The notes under the pieces: model-generated
Databases searched by the model: none
What the model was told of the DNA's origin: nothing
Seen by the model: only the letters and a program-made list of their open reading frames with translations
Sequence record: PQ805430.1
DNA length: 64,000 nucleotides
Reading direction: 5' to 3' (one strand)
Source: Escherichia phage EK8
Program-made: the position numbers and the translations under genes
In this document: in pieces, positions 26,971-35,767 of the stretch
How the letters are laid out: each line of letters starts with the position of its first letter
Position numbering within the stretch: position 1 is the stretch's first letter

Positions 26971-27417
26971 TTAAATGCTACAGGCACCGCTTTCACACTT
27001 GTTGTTCTCAGCAAACTCAGCCAGTGCAGCTTTGGTCTGAATTTCTTCAAACAGACGCTGTTTCAGGCGATAACCTTCCACCAGCCAGATCTTCTCAATG
27101 GCGTTTTCACGGGCAACATCGCAGCCAATGGAGAAGTTAAAGTTCTCCGGGCTGGCGCAGGCAGAATGACCAATCACGGTGAAGCCGTTTTCCAGAGTCA
27201 GTACGCAGATGGTCACCAGCTTATGGGACTCCAGCGTTTCCTGGGTGGTATCCGGGGAATCACTGTTCTGGTTTGCACCGGAGATACCTTCGGCAGCGGT
27301 GAAGAAGACTTCGGATTTAATCAGGGACTTGATGTAATCCGGGGTAAGACGCGGAGCTTTATCGGCACCAGCAGCAACAATTTTCTGTTCGAGATCAGAC
27401 ATTGGGTTTCTCTTCAT
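26971..27417 (-). CDS. hypothetical protein (148 aa; start may be the Met at 27402)
   Basis: ORF in minus-strand island. Confidence 0.45.
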   Translation of the reverse strand: MKRNPMSDLEQKIVAAGADKAPRLTPDYIKSLIKSEVFFTAAEGISGANQNSDSPDTTQETLESHKLVTICVLTLENGFTVIGHSACASPENFNFSIGCDVARENAIEKIWLVEGYRLKQRLFEEIQTKAALAEFAENNKCESGACSI

Positions 27418-27535
27418 AGAGTGGTTTCATGGAATAGCCGAACATGACTGCATTGTCATACTCGACACTGTTGGCAAATACCAGGTACTTCTTGCCACGG
27501 CGATCCGTGACTTCATAAGCATAAGGTATCGGCAT
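27395..27535 (-). CDS. small protein (46 aa; tentative)
   Basis: hand translation MPIPYAYEVTDRRGKKYLVFANSVEYDNAVMFGYSMKPLYEEKPNV; stop overlaps downstream ATG. Confidence 0.25.
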   Translation of the reverse strand: MPIPYAYEVTDRRGKKYLVFANSVEYDNAVMFGYSMKPLYEEKPNV

Positions 27536-27704
27536 AATTTGTACCTTTTCTTACCCGTGAGAGTATACGTCTGCACATGGATTTAGTGATCGGGGAGCTA
27601 TGCTCAAAGAACATTAGCTTATTACACATTGTTACCACAGCGAGACAGAATACTCCCTGCTCATCTGGTTTAGTCCGGTAATAACGTTTAATTTTCATAG
27701 GTAT

Positions 27705-27737
27705 CCTTAATGGAAAAAGCCCCTCCAAAGAGGGGCT
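27705..27737 (-). terminator. rho-independent terminator candidate
   Basis: agcccctc-caaa-gaggggct then ttttccatt on minus strand. Confidence 0.45.
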
Positions 27738-27836
27738 ATTCCAGGCTTGCAGGTGCATAGGCGCTTTTATATTCCCTATGCGGATAACCTTGTCGGGTAT
27801 TTCCAACCATTACGCACCAGGCGTAACGACGGGAAC

Positions 27837-28082
27837 TTATAAGCCAGCCTTGATAACTTCCAACTGGCTTTTCATCATCACCCAGAATACGGCTGGTATC
27901 TTCTCGTAACCGAGGTTTATAAACATGTCACGTATCTGAATGTTATGAATACGTTTGGCTATAAGCAGACTACAACATCTGAGCTTATCGTCAACGGGTT
28001 CGTTATACTTTTTTGCCATAGCAATACAGAGATCTACCGTATCCACGGCATCAAGAAACTCATCAATAGGATCGGGGAACAT
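27837..28082 (-). CDS. hypothetical protein (81 aa)
   Basis: ORF downstream of tRNA genes. Confidence 0.45.
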   Translation of the reverse strand: MFPDPIDEFLDAVDTVDLCIAMAKKYNEPVDDKLRCCSLLIAKRIHNIQIRDMFINLGYEKIPAVFWVMMKSQLEVIKAGL

Positions 28083-28113
28083 GATTGTTACTCTGGTTTA
28101 GGGAGGGTATGAA

Positions 28114-28189
28114 TTGGATGGGGTATCTGGATTCGAACCAGAGAATGCCGATATCAAAGACCGGTGCCGTAACCACTTGGCTATACCCC
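28114..28189 (-). tRNA. tRNA-Gln (anticodon UUG), 76 nt with encoded CCA
   Basis: hand-folded cloverleaf: 7-bp acceptor, T-loop TTCGAAT, anticodon loop CTTTGAT; close to E. coli tRNA-Gln as recalled. Confidence 0.85.
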
Positions 28190-28194
28190 AGAAG

Positions 28195-28270
28195 GTGGCG
28201 ATGGGATGGAGATTCGAACTCCAATGTCGCGGATTAACAGTCCGGTGCTTTACCGAGTTAGCTATCCCAT
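28195..28270 (-). tRNA. tRNA-Asn (anticodon GUU), 76 nt with encoded CCA
   Basis: hand-folded cloverleaf: acceptor GATGGGA/TCCCATC, T-arm TGGAG-TTCGAAT-CTCCA, anticodon loop CTGTTAA. Confidence 0.8.
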
Positions 28271-28661
28271 CTTATTAATTAAGACACTCTGTTACCTGCC
28301 GATCCATGTGGCTGCATGGAATGATAACACACTGAGATTAGGGTATGAGCCTGTTCAATGTTGAGTGTCCTAATTAATAAGCCCCCTGTAAAGCCGGGGG
28401 GGCAACTCCGAGTTCGGTAATCTGGTTCTGGTTCCAGAGCACTCCAGGTATTAAGCCTTTGTGCAGGGACGGGTCACTGCCCGTATTATCAAATCGTATT
28501 CCCAAAGTAGAACATGGTTCTTAGTCGCTGGCGTCACCGGTGCTTCTAAGCATCAACACACTCGTAAGTATGTTCAGGTTTAAAAGCTCCCCCATCGCTG
28601 AGGGAGAAAATTGATAATGCAGGTGGTGTAAGTTAAGTATTACCGCACCCGCAGCCAGATA

Positions 28662-29210
28662 TCAAGCCTGGTTTGGAAGAAGTTGAGAAAAATCTGGTTC
28701 GGTGAAAGTCACCATGTTTTTCAGGAACTTCCCTTCCGGGTAGAATTTACCGTTCAGTTTGATATCACGCTTAACCTTAATGCACATAGTCGGGTAGTTA
28801 CCGTGCAGATACAGGTCGTCAGGCTGGAAGCCCAGATCATAGTAATAAGCCAGGGCTTTAATCTTGTCGCCTTCGCTGCTAATGAACTTAGACATGTTAG
28901 ATTCATGCACCAGGTCATAGCAGGAGTTACCATCGAAACCAGCCACATGAGCTACTCCGTCGTTAACGGTGGTCAGGTCACCCTGTGCATCCAGGATACC
29001 GGGCATATCGATACTGGTTTCATCCGTATCGCCATTCAGATCCCAGACTACCTTCATACCAGGGTGTGCAGCTTCGACCATTTCGATAGCTTCCTCTAAA
29101 CAAAGCATTGCCTGTTTACGGATAGCCTTAACGTTAGGGTTGTTCAGATCGCCTTTCGCGTTACCAAATGCTAAATTAAGTGCAGTAACTTTTTCGAAAG
29201 TAGTTTTCAT
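28662..29210 (-). CDS. hypothetical protein, possibly all-alpha NTP pyrophosphohydrolase (MazG-like)
   Basis: 182 aa; LCLEEAIEMVEA resembles the MazG/HisE EExxE helix; AGGAAA RBS. Confidence 0.35.
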   Translation of the reverse strand: MKTTFEKVTALNLAFGNAKGDLNNPNVKAIRKQAMLCLEEAIEMVEAAHPGMKVVWDLNGDTDETSIDMPGILDAQGDLTTVNDGVAHVAGFDGNSCYDLVHESNMSKFISSEGDKIKALAYYYDLGFQPDDLYLHGNYPTMCIKVKRDIKLNGKFYPEGKFLKNMVTFTEPDFSQLLPNQA

Positions 29211-29275
29211 GAAAGGTTTCCTTTCTCTTTAAATTGACAATAATGGGTGAAATTATTCACCAGAGCAGAGGACAT

Positions 29276-31513
29276 ATGACTGACCTTGCCCCCGATGACG
29301 TACAGATTGCTGCTGGGGTAGAGGTGCCTAAGCTGACCGACTGGTCGCGTGAACCGACGCTTTCCATTTTCAAACAGGACTTGCAGAGTTGCGAATCCTC
29401 GCACCAGGCTCAGATGAGCAAGGTCGAAGAATGGAATGACTATCGGAATGCGACCGGTAAAGCGGCACCGAAAACCACTAAAGGGCAATCCAAAGTTCAG
29501 CCTAAACTTATTCGTAAGCAGGCTGAGTGGCGGTATGCTGCATTATCGGAGCCGTTCTTAGCAAGCCCAGATCTGTTTAAAGTCTCCCCGATTACCTGGG
29601 AAGATAAGAAGGGGGCTGTTCAGAACGAACTCCTGTTGAACATGCAGTTTACTAACAAGATGAACCGTGTTGCTTTTATCGATGAGTACGTTCGTGCTGC
29701 TGTCGATGAGGGCACCGTTGTGCTGCGTACTGGTTGGGACTTCGAAGAGGTTGAAGAAACCGTCGAAGAACCTATTTACCAGGGTATGGTTGATCCTCGC
29801 ATGAGCGATATCTATCAGCAGATGCAGCAACTGGAAATGGAAAACCCAGTCCAACTGCTCAGTCTTGACCAATCACTGCAAGACGGATATGCCCAGTTCA
29901 AACAGACTGGCTTACCAATCCGTTTAATTCAAACCGGCGTGCGTATGGTTAAAAAGATGCGCACCGTCAAAAATCAGCCAACTCTGGAAGTATGTCGGTT
30001 GGCAAACCTCTATATTGATCCTTCATGTAATGGTGATATTAAAAAGGCCAACTTTGTAGTTTATGCCTTCGAAACCTCCATCGCGGAATTGAAGGCAGAG
30101 GGCCGTTACCGAAACCTGGAGAAACTCAATGTCTCATCTGAATCGCCTTTATCGGCTGCTAACTTCACCCCGAATGCTGCCCCCGATTTCCAGCCAGCAG
30201 GTAAATCCCGTAAGAGAATTGTTGCTTACGAGTATTGGGGATATTGGGATATTGACGGTAGCGGTCGTCTTACTGCAATTGTCGGCACATGGGTAGGTGA
30301 TACCCTCATCCGTCTGGAAGAGAACCCTTTCCCTGACGGTGAACTTCCATTCACTATCGTGCAATACCTGCCGGTGCGTAAGGCCGTATACGGTGAACCC
30401 GATGGCGAACTCCTGAAAGATAACCAGGATATCGCTGGTGCTGTAACCCGTGGGATGATTGACCTGCTCGGCAAATCGGCTAACTCGCAGACTGGCTTCG
30501 CCAAGTCTCTGCTCGATAGCCTCAACAAGAAACGTTACCAGCAGGGACTCGACTATGAGTTTAACCCTGGGGTATCACCGGAAAATGGTATCTATAGCCA
30601 CAAGTACCCGGAGATTCCGGTATCTGCTCAGTACATGCTGAGCCTGATGAATACCGAAGCCGAATCCATGACAGGTGTTAAAGCGTTTGCCAATACCGGT
30701 CTGGACGGTGACTCCCTGGGTGGTACTGCTACGGCAGTCCGTGGGGCACTGGATGCAGCATCCAAACGTGAGATGGGTATCCTCCGTCGTTTATCCACTG
30801 GCTTAGTGGAAGTGGCCCGTAAGGTCATTGCCATGAATGCTGTATGGCTGGACGAGGAAGAGGTAGTCCGTGTTACCGAAGATGAGTTTATCCCGGTACG
30901 TCGTGACGATCTGAAAGGTGAGTTTGACCTCAAGGTCACTATCTCCACCGCAGAAGCCGATGAGCAACAAGCTCAGGATCTGGCATTCATGCTCCAGACT
31001 CTGGGTAACAATATCGACTTCGGTATGACTCAGATGATCCTCGGTGAGATTGCCCGTCTGCGTAAGATGCCTGATCTGCAACACAAGATCATGTCCTTCC
31101 AGCCGCAGCCTGATCCGATGCAGCAAGCTATCCAGCAAGCTCAGCTTGAACTGCTGCAAGCTCAGATTGAACTTACCCGTGCTCAGGCTCTCGAAGCTGG
31201 TACTAAAGGTTCTCTCAACCAGAGCAAGGTTCCTGTTGAACAGGCTCGTGCTAACCACATTCAATCCAGTGCGGATAAAAACAATCTGGATTTCCTCCAG
31301 GAACAGAATGGGGTTAAACACCAGCAACAACTGGAACTTACCCGGACGAAAACTGATGAGCAAATGGCACTCGCTGAGTTGCAAAGTAACCATCAATCCA
31401 CGTTGGCTAAGCTCACCCATAACTTAAATCTGTTGCAGGAACATGCGAAGGCTGGCTTAAACAGACAGACTCAACGTATGAATAACGCTGGACGAAGCCC
31501 AGCAACTGCGTAA
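29276..31513 (+). CDS. portal protein
   Basis: about 746 aa between terminase and capsid genes; GAGGA RBS before ATG 29276 (ORF-track TTG start at 29234). Confidence 0.6.
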   Translation: MTDLAPDDVQIAAGVEVPKLTDWSREPTLSIFKQDLQSCESSHQAQMSKVEEWNDYRNATGKAAPKTTKGQSKVQPKLIRKQAEWRYAALSEPFLASPDLFKVSPITWEDKKGAVQNELLLNMQFTNKMNRVAFIDEYVRAAVDEGTVVLRTGWDFEEVEETVEEPIYQGMVDPRMSDIYQQMQQLEMENPVQLLSLDQSLQDGYAQFKQTGLPIRLIQTGVRMVKKMRTVKNQPTLEVCRLANLYIDPSCNGDIKKANFVVYAFETSIAELKAEGRYRNLEKLNVSSESPLSAANFTPNAAPDFQPAGKSRKRIVAYEYWGYWDIDGSGRLTAIVGTWVGDTLIRLEENPFPDGELPFTIVQYLPVRKAVYGEPDGELLKDNQDIAGAVTRGMIDLLGKSANSQTGFAKSLLDSLNKKRYQQGLDYEFNPGVSPENGIYSHKYPEIPVSAQYMLSLMNTEAESMTGVKAFANTGLDGDSLGGTATAVRGALDAASKREMGILRRLSTGLVEVARKVIAMNAVWLDEEEVVRVTEDEFIPVRRDDLKGEFDLKVTISTAEADEQQAQDLAFMLQTLGNNIDFGMTQMILGEIARLRKMPDLQHKIMSFQPQPDPMQQAIQQAQLELLQAQIELTRAQALEAGTKGSLNQSKVPVEQARANHIQSSADKNNLDFLQEQNGVKHQQQLELTRTKTDEQMALAELQSNHQSTLAKLTHNLNLLQEHAKAGLNRQTQRMNNAGRSPATA

Positions 31514-31579
31514 AACTATAGGCAGGTTGGATAATTTATTGTATTGTCCACCTGCCTTAACTCTATATGAGGTTACCGT

Positions 31580-31900
31580 ATGTCTTTAGAAACCGAACTC
31601 GAAAGCCAGATTAGCCGTGATACAAAAGTCATGGAGAAAGGTAAAGCGTTACGACGACTCCTTAATAGCTCCGACTTTAAATCCGTAATCATTAACGGCT
31701 TCCTTCGTGAATATGCGCTCCACCTGGTTTACCAGCGTGCGGAATCCACGGAAGATGGGGATAAAGTTTCTCGTAAGATCGATGCAGTAGCCGAATTTAA
31801 AGCGTACATCGATAAAGTATTATTGGACGCTGCAACCGCAGAGAAGACAGTTGGCGAAGCCAGCGAAGCACTTCTCTCTATTCGAAATAACGAGGAATAA
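31580..31900 (+). CDS. hypothetical structural-module protein (106 aa)
   Basis: ORF between portal and scaffold-like gene. Confidence 0.5.
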   Translation: MSLETELESQISRDTKVMEKGKALRRLLNSSDFKSVIINGFLREYALHLVYQRAESTEDGDKVSRKIDAVAEFKAYIDKVLLDAATAEKTVGEASEALLSIRNNEE

Positions 31901-31902
31901 GC

Positions 31903-33087
31903 ATGAGTGGAAACGCCGAGCAACTAGGTCAGGACGTTGACGTATTCGCAATGTCGGATGACGAATTAAGCCGGTTGGATATCTCTCAATACCTGGGTGG
32001 TGCAGAACCGTCCCCGAAAGAAGATCCCCAACCTGAACAAACTACCGTTACCGAACCGGAACCGGAAACTCCGAACCCGGATGATAACGGTGAAGTTGTA
32101 GAGACAGGTGAGGGCGACCCAAAACCGGGTGACGATGCTGAAGCACCTAAACCGGGTGAAGGCGAAGATGAGCCGAAGCCGGAGGCGGAGCCGGAAGGCA
32201 AGGCGAAATCTGAGCCGGATGCTGATCCTAAAAAGCCTGATCCTTCATCTCAGAATGTACCGGATTACAAAGCGTTTTATGAGCAACTCACCAAACCCTT
32301 TAAAGCCAATGGGCGTGACCTGACTCTCTCCAGCCCGGAAGAGATGATTACGCTTATGCAGATGGGCGCGAACTACAACGCGAAGATGGCTGCTCTGAAA
32401 CCCAACCGTCGCTTTATGAAGATGCTTGAGCAGAACGAACTGCTGGACGAAGGTAAGCTCGGTTTCCTTATCGACCTGAGCAAGCGTGATCCTAAAGCAA
32501 TCGCCAAGCTGGTGAAGGACAGCGGATTTAATTTCGACGAGTATGATCCTGATGCCGAAGTGGACTATCAGTCCAAGCACACTGCACCTCCGGTTGAACA
32601 GATCGACCTCGAAGATGTTGTTACTGAACTCGGCCAGCAACCTGGTTTCGCAGATATGCTGAACGTGGTTACTACTGGCTGGGATGCTGCAAGCCAGGAA
32701 ATCGTTGGTAAGAACCCGCAGATTCTGCGTGTCCTCCAGCAACAAAAAGCCCTGGGCCACTTTGACCTGATCCAGGCAGAAGTAGATCGCTCCGCATTGT
32801 TAGGTAAAGCCAATGGCATGACCACGCTTCAACTGTACTCTGCTGCTGAGCAAAAACTGATGCAGGAAGGTAAGCTGGGTGTTGCACCGCAACCTCAACC
32901 TACCCCTGCTCAGCAAGCTGCACCGGTAGTAACTGCTCCGGCTAAGAAGGACAATACTGCTGCTAAAAAAGCTGCTGCTGCACCGAAGCAAACCGTACAG
33001 GGCAAAACCTCTGCACCGGTAAGTGATAATTTATTTTCACTTTCTGATGAAGAGTTTGCTAAGATTGACCCAACTAAATTTAAGTAA
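31903..33087 (+). CDS. scaffolding-like protein (acidic, Pro/Glu-rich)
   Basis: 394 aa, low-complexity acidic N-terminus, directly upstream of capsid gene. Confidence 0.45.
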   Translation: MSGNAEQLGQDVDVFAMSDDELSRLDISQYLGGAEPSPKEDPQPEQTTVTEPEPETPNPDDNGEVVETGEGDPKPGDDAEAPKPGEGEDEPKPEAEPEGKAKSEPDADPKKPDPSSQNVPDYKAFYEQLTKPFKANGRDLTLSSPEEMITLMQMGANYNAKMAALKPNRRFMKMLEQNELLDEGKLGFLIDLSKRDPKAIAKLVKDSGFNFDEYDPDAEVDYQSKHTAPPVEQIDLEDVVTELGQQPGFADMLNVVTTGWDAASQEIVGKNPQILRVLQQQKALGHFDLIQAEVDRSALLGKANGMTTLQLYSAAEQKLMQEGKLGVAPQPQPTPAQQAAPVVTAPAKKDNTAAKKAAAAPKQTVQGKTSAPVSDNLFSLSDEEFAKIDPTKFK

Positions 33088-33101
33088 GAGGCTGACTATT
33101 T

Positions 33102-34274
33102 ATGGTTATGCAATATAAAGACCCCGCTAATGGGCGTGAGTCCAGTGTTGGCCCGCAGATTATCACTGCGTACTACCAGCGCCAGGCTTTGACCGAACTG
33201 CGTAAAGAGCAGTTCTTCACCCAGTTGGCTAACGCTCAATCTATTCCGTCGAACTACGGTAAGAAAATTAAGCGTTTCCACTACATGCCGATCCTCGACG
33301 AACGCAATATTAACGACGAAGGTATCGACGCAACCGGTGCGAAAATCGTTAACGGTAACCTGTACGGCTCCAGCAAAGATATCGGCTCTGTGCCGAACAA
33401 GCTGCCGGTACTGGGCGAAAACGGTGGTCGTGTTAACCGCGTTGGTGTTACCCGTCTGGAACTGGAAGGCACCTTTGAGAAGTTCGGCTTCTTCACTGAG
33501 TACACCCGTGACTCTCTGAACTTCGACACTGATGCTGACCTGTTGATGCACATCAACCGCGAACTGCTGACTGCCGCGAACCAGATCACCGAAGATGCCC
33601 TGGGCATCGACCTGATCAACAACGCCGGTACAATCCGTTATGCGGGCGAAGCAACCCAGCGTAGTGAAATCGGCCAGGGTGACGTGGTTACCTACGTTGA
33701 CCTGATGCGTCTGTCTATCGACCTCGATAACAACCGCACTCCGAAACACACCACGATCCTGACTGGTACTCGTAACATCGATACCAAAGTCGTTCCGGCT
33801 GCACGTTATGCGTACATCGGTTCCGAACTGATCCCAACCCTTCGCGCGATGACTGACCTGCATGGTAATCCGGCGTTTATTTCTGCCGAGCATTACGCTG
33901 CTGGTACTACCCTGGCGACCGGTGAAGTTGGCCAGATCGACCAGTTCCGTTTCATCGTTAACCCGAACATGTTCAAGTGGGAAGGTGCCGGTGCGACTCT
34001 GGAATCTGGCGATGACGCTGTGTACTACAACAACGGCGAGAACTATGACGTGTTCCCGATTCTGGTTGTTGGTGACGAGTCCTTTGCGACCATCACTTTC
34101 CAGACTTCCGGTAACTCCGTTAAGTTTGAAATCAACCACAAGAAACCGGGCGAAAACCTCGACCGTCTTGACCCGTATGGCGAAACTGGCTTCATCTCTA
34201 TTCGCTGGTTCTACGGCTTCATGGCACTGCGTCCTGAGCGTATCGCACTGGTTCAAACTGCTGCCAAGATGTAA
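33102..34274 (+). CDS. major capsid protein
   Basis: 390 aa, follows scaffold-like gene and is followed by a strong terminator. Confidence 0.6.
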   Translation: MVMQYKDPANGRESSVGPQIITAYYQRQALTELRKEQFFTQLANAQSIPSNYGKKIKRFHYMPILDERNINDEGIDATGAKIVNGNLYGSSKDIGSVPNKLPVLGENGGRVNRVGVTRLELEGTFEKFGFFTEYTRDSLNFDTDADLLMHINRELLTAANQITEDALGIDLINNAGTIRYAGEATQRSEIGQGDVVTYVDLMRLSIDLDNNRTPKHTTILTGTRNIDTKVVPAARYAYIGSELIPTLRAMTDLHGNPAFISAEHYAAGTTLATGEVGQIDQFRFIVNPNMFKWEGAGATLESGDDAVYYNNGENYDVFPILVVGDESFATITFQTSGNSVKFEINHKKPGENLDRLDPYGETGFISIRWFYGFMALRPERIALVQTAAKM

Positions 34275-34308
34275 TTCTGGCTTCGGCTTGTGAGATGAGC
34301 TAAAGTAA

Positions 34309-34338
34309 GACCGGGGATAATACCCCGGTCTTTTTTTA
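34309..34338 (+). terminator. rho-independent terminator after capsid gene
   Basis: gaccgggg-ataata-ccccggtc then ttttttt. Confidence 0.55.
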
Positions 34339-34362
34339 TTTAATCAATGAGGTATTTACTTT

Positions 34363-34938
34363 ATGTCACAGTTTGATGAAACCACCGACCAGGGCGAGAT
34401 CCCGGAACAAGATGAACGTGCAGCCCTTGAAGCCCGTGCTAAAGTGCTGAACATTTCCTATCACACCAATATTTCTACCGAGAAGCTGCGTGAACGTGTT
34501 AACGCTGCAATCTCCGGTACTCGTGAACAAGACTCCGAACGTCCGGCAAAAGATGAGTCTGACGTTGCACGTCGTAGCCGACTGAAAAAGAAAGCCAGTC
34601 GCCTGATTCGTGTACGTATCCACTGTAATGACCCGGCTAAAAAAGACTGGCCCGGTGAGTATATTACCGTGGGCAATAACGCGGTTGGTACGTATCGTAA
34701 GTACGTTCCGTACAACCAGGACGAACCTTTCCACCTGCCGGAAATCATCGTCAATGCTCTGCGTGAAAAGCGCGTTCAGGTGTTTGCCACCAAGAAAAGC
34801 AAGAACGGTATTCCGGTACGTGAATCCAAATCCATCGCTGCTTACGCTATCGAAGTCGTTCAGCCTCTGACCGAAGAAGAACTGACTCAGTTGGCGAACT
34901 CCCAGATGGCCCGTAACGCTTTAAGCGATAACGTTTAA
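34363..34938 (+). CDS. hypothetical virion-module protein (191 aa)
   Basis: ORF in late block. Confidence 0.5.
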   Translation: MSQFDETTDQGEIPEQDERAALEARAKVLNISYHTNISTEKLRERVNAAISGTREQDSERPAKDESDVARRSRLKKKASRLIRVRIHCNDPAKKDWPGEYITVGNNAVGTYRKYVPYNQDEPFHLPEIIVNALREKRVQVFATKKSKNGIPVRESKSIAAYAIEVVQPLTEEELTQLANSQMARNALSDNV

Positions 34939-34949
34939 GGTAATCGACA

Positions 34950-35717
34950 ATGGCAGAGATTATTACCCCACCAGACGTAACTAGTGATCCGCTAAACATC
35001 ACGGATCTGACGTTAAAGACACTGGATGGTACTGGTGTTCTGGATCAGATGCTGGCTACGATGCGTGTGCATTTAGGTGAGCAGTTTGAAAAGGAACGAA
35101 TCCAGGGTACTGAGTATGCTGAGGTTTACCTCGGTGCATTCCAGTCAACGTTGGCTGCTGCCATTCAGTTCCTTCTGGCACGTCGTAAGTTGGGACTTGA
35201 CCTTAAGCTACAGGAAGCACAAATCAGTCTGACCACTGCTCAGGAAGAACAGATTCGGGCTGAGATGCAGAAGATCCCTTATGAGATCCAGGCGCTCCAG
35301 AAACAACTTGAACTGGCTGATAAGCAGATTGCCCAGGCTGATAAGCAACTGGAACTGACCGAAGCTCAGATTCAGGTTCAACTGAAACAGCTCGACCTGA
35401 TGGCTGAACAGCTCGAACAGGCTAAAGCCCAGACTGCCTACTATGAGCAACGCACCATTACGGAGAAAGCTCAGACCTCGGCTGGTGTGGCTGCAACTGG
35501 TTCTGTTATTGGTACTCAGGTTGCACTGATGAATAAACAGGCTGATGGTTACGACCGTAACGCTGAACAGCAAGCTGCTCAGATTATCACTAACACCTGG
35601 AACGTTCGTCGTCAGACTGATGAAGATACGTCTGCCAACACCACCAACAAACTGGATGATGCCTCTGTCGGGGCGGTTATTTCTAAACTGGCCGCAGGTA
35701 TAAACGTGGTTCTGTAA
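34950..35717 (+). CDS. coiled-coil structural protein (255 aa)
   Basis: Q/E/L-rich heptad-like repeats. Confidence 0.5.
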   Translation: MAEIITPPDVTSDPLNITDLTLKTLDGTGVLDQMLATMRVHLGEQFEKERIQGTEYAEVYLGAFQSTLAAAIQFLLARRKLGLDLKLQEAQISLTTAQEEQIRAEMQKIPYEIQALQKQLELADKQIAQADKQLELTEAQIQVQLKQLDLMAEQLEQAKAQTAYYEQRTITEKAQTSAGVAATGSVIGTQVALMNKQADGYDRNAEQQAAQIITNTWNVRRQTDEDTSANTTNKLDDASVGAVISKLAAGINVVL

Positions 35718-35767
35718 TCACTCTGGTTTAAAGGTATACTCAAGGGAGCTTCGGCTCCCTTTTCATT

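Noticed and set aside
27513-27806. 97-aa minus-strand ORF
   Set aside because: It contains a terminator hairpin (27718..27737) in its middle, and its 3' end overlaps a better-supported small ORF; its composition is Cys/Arg-rich and atypical.
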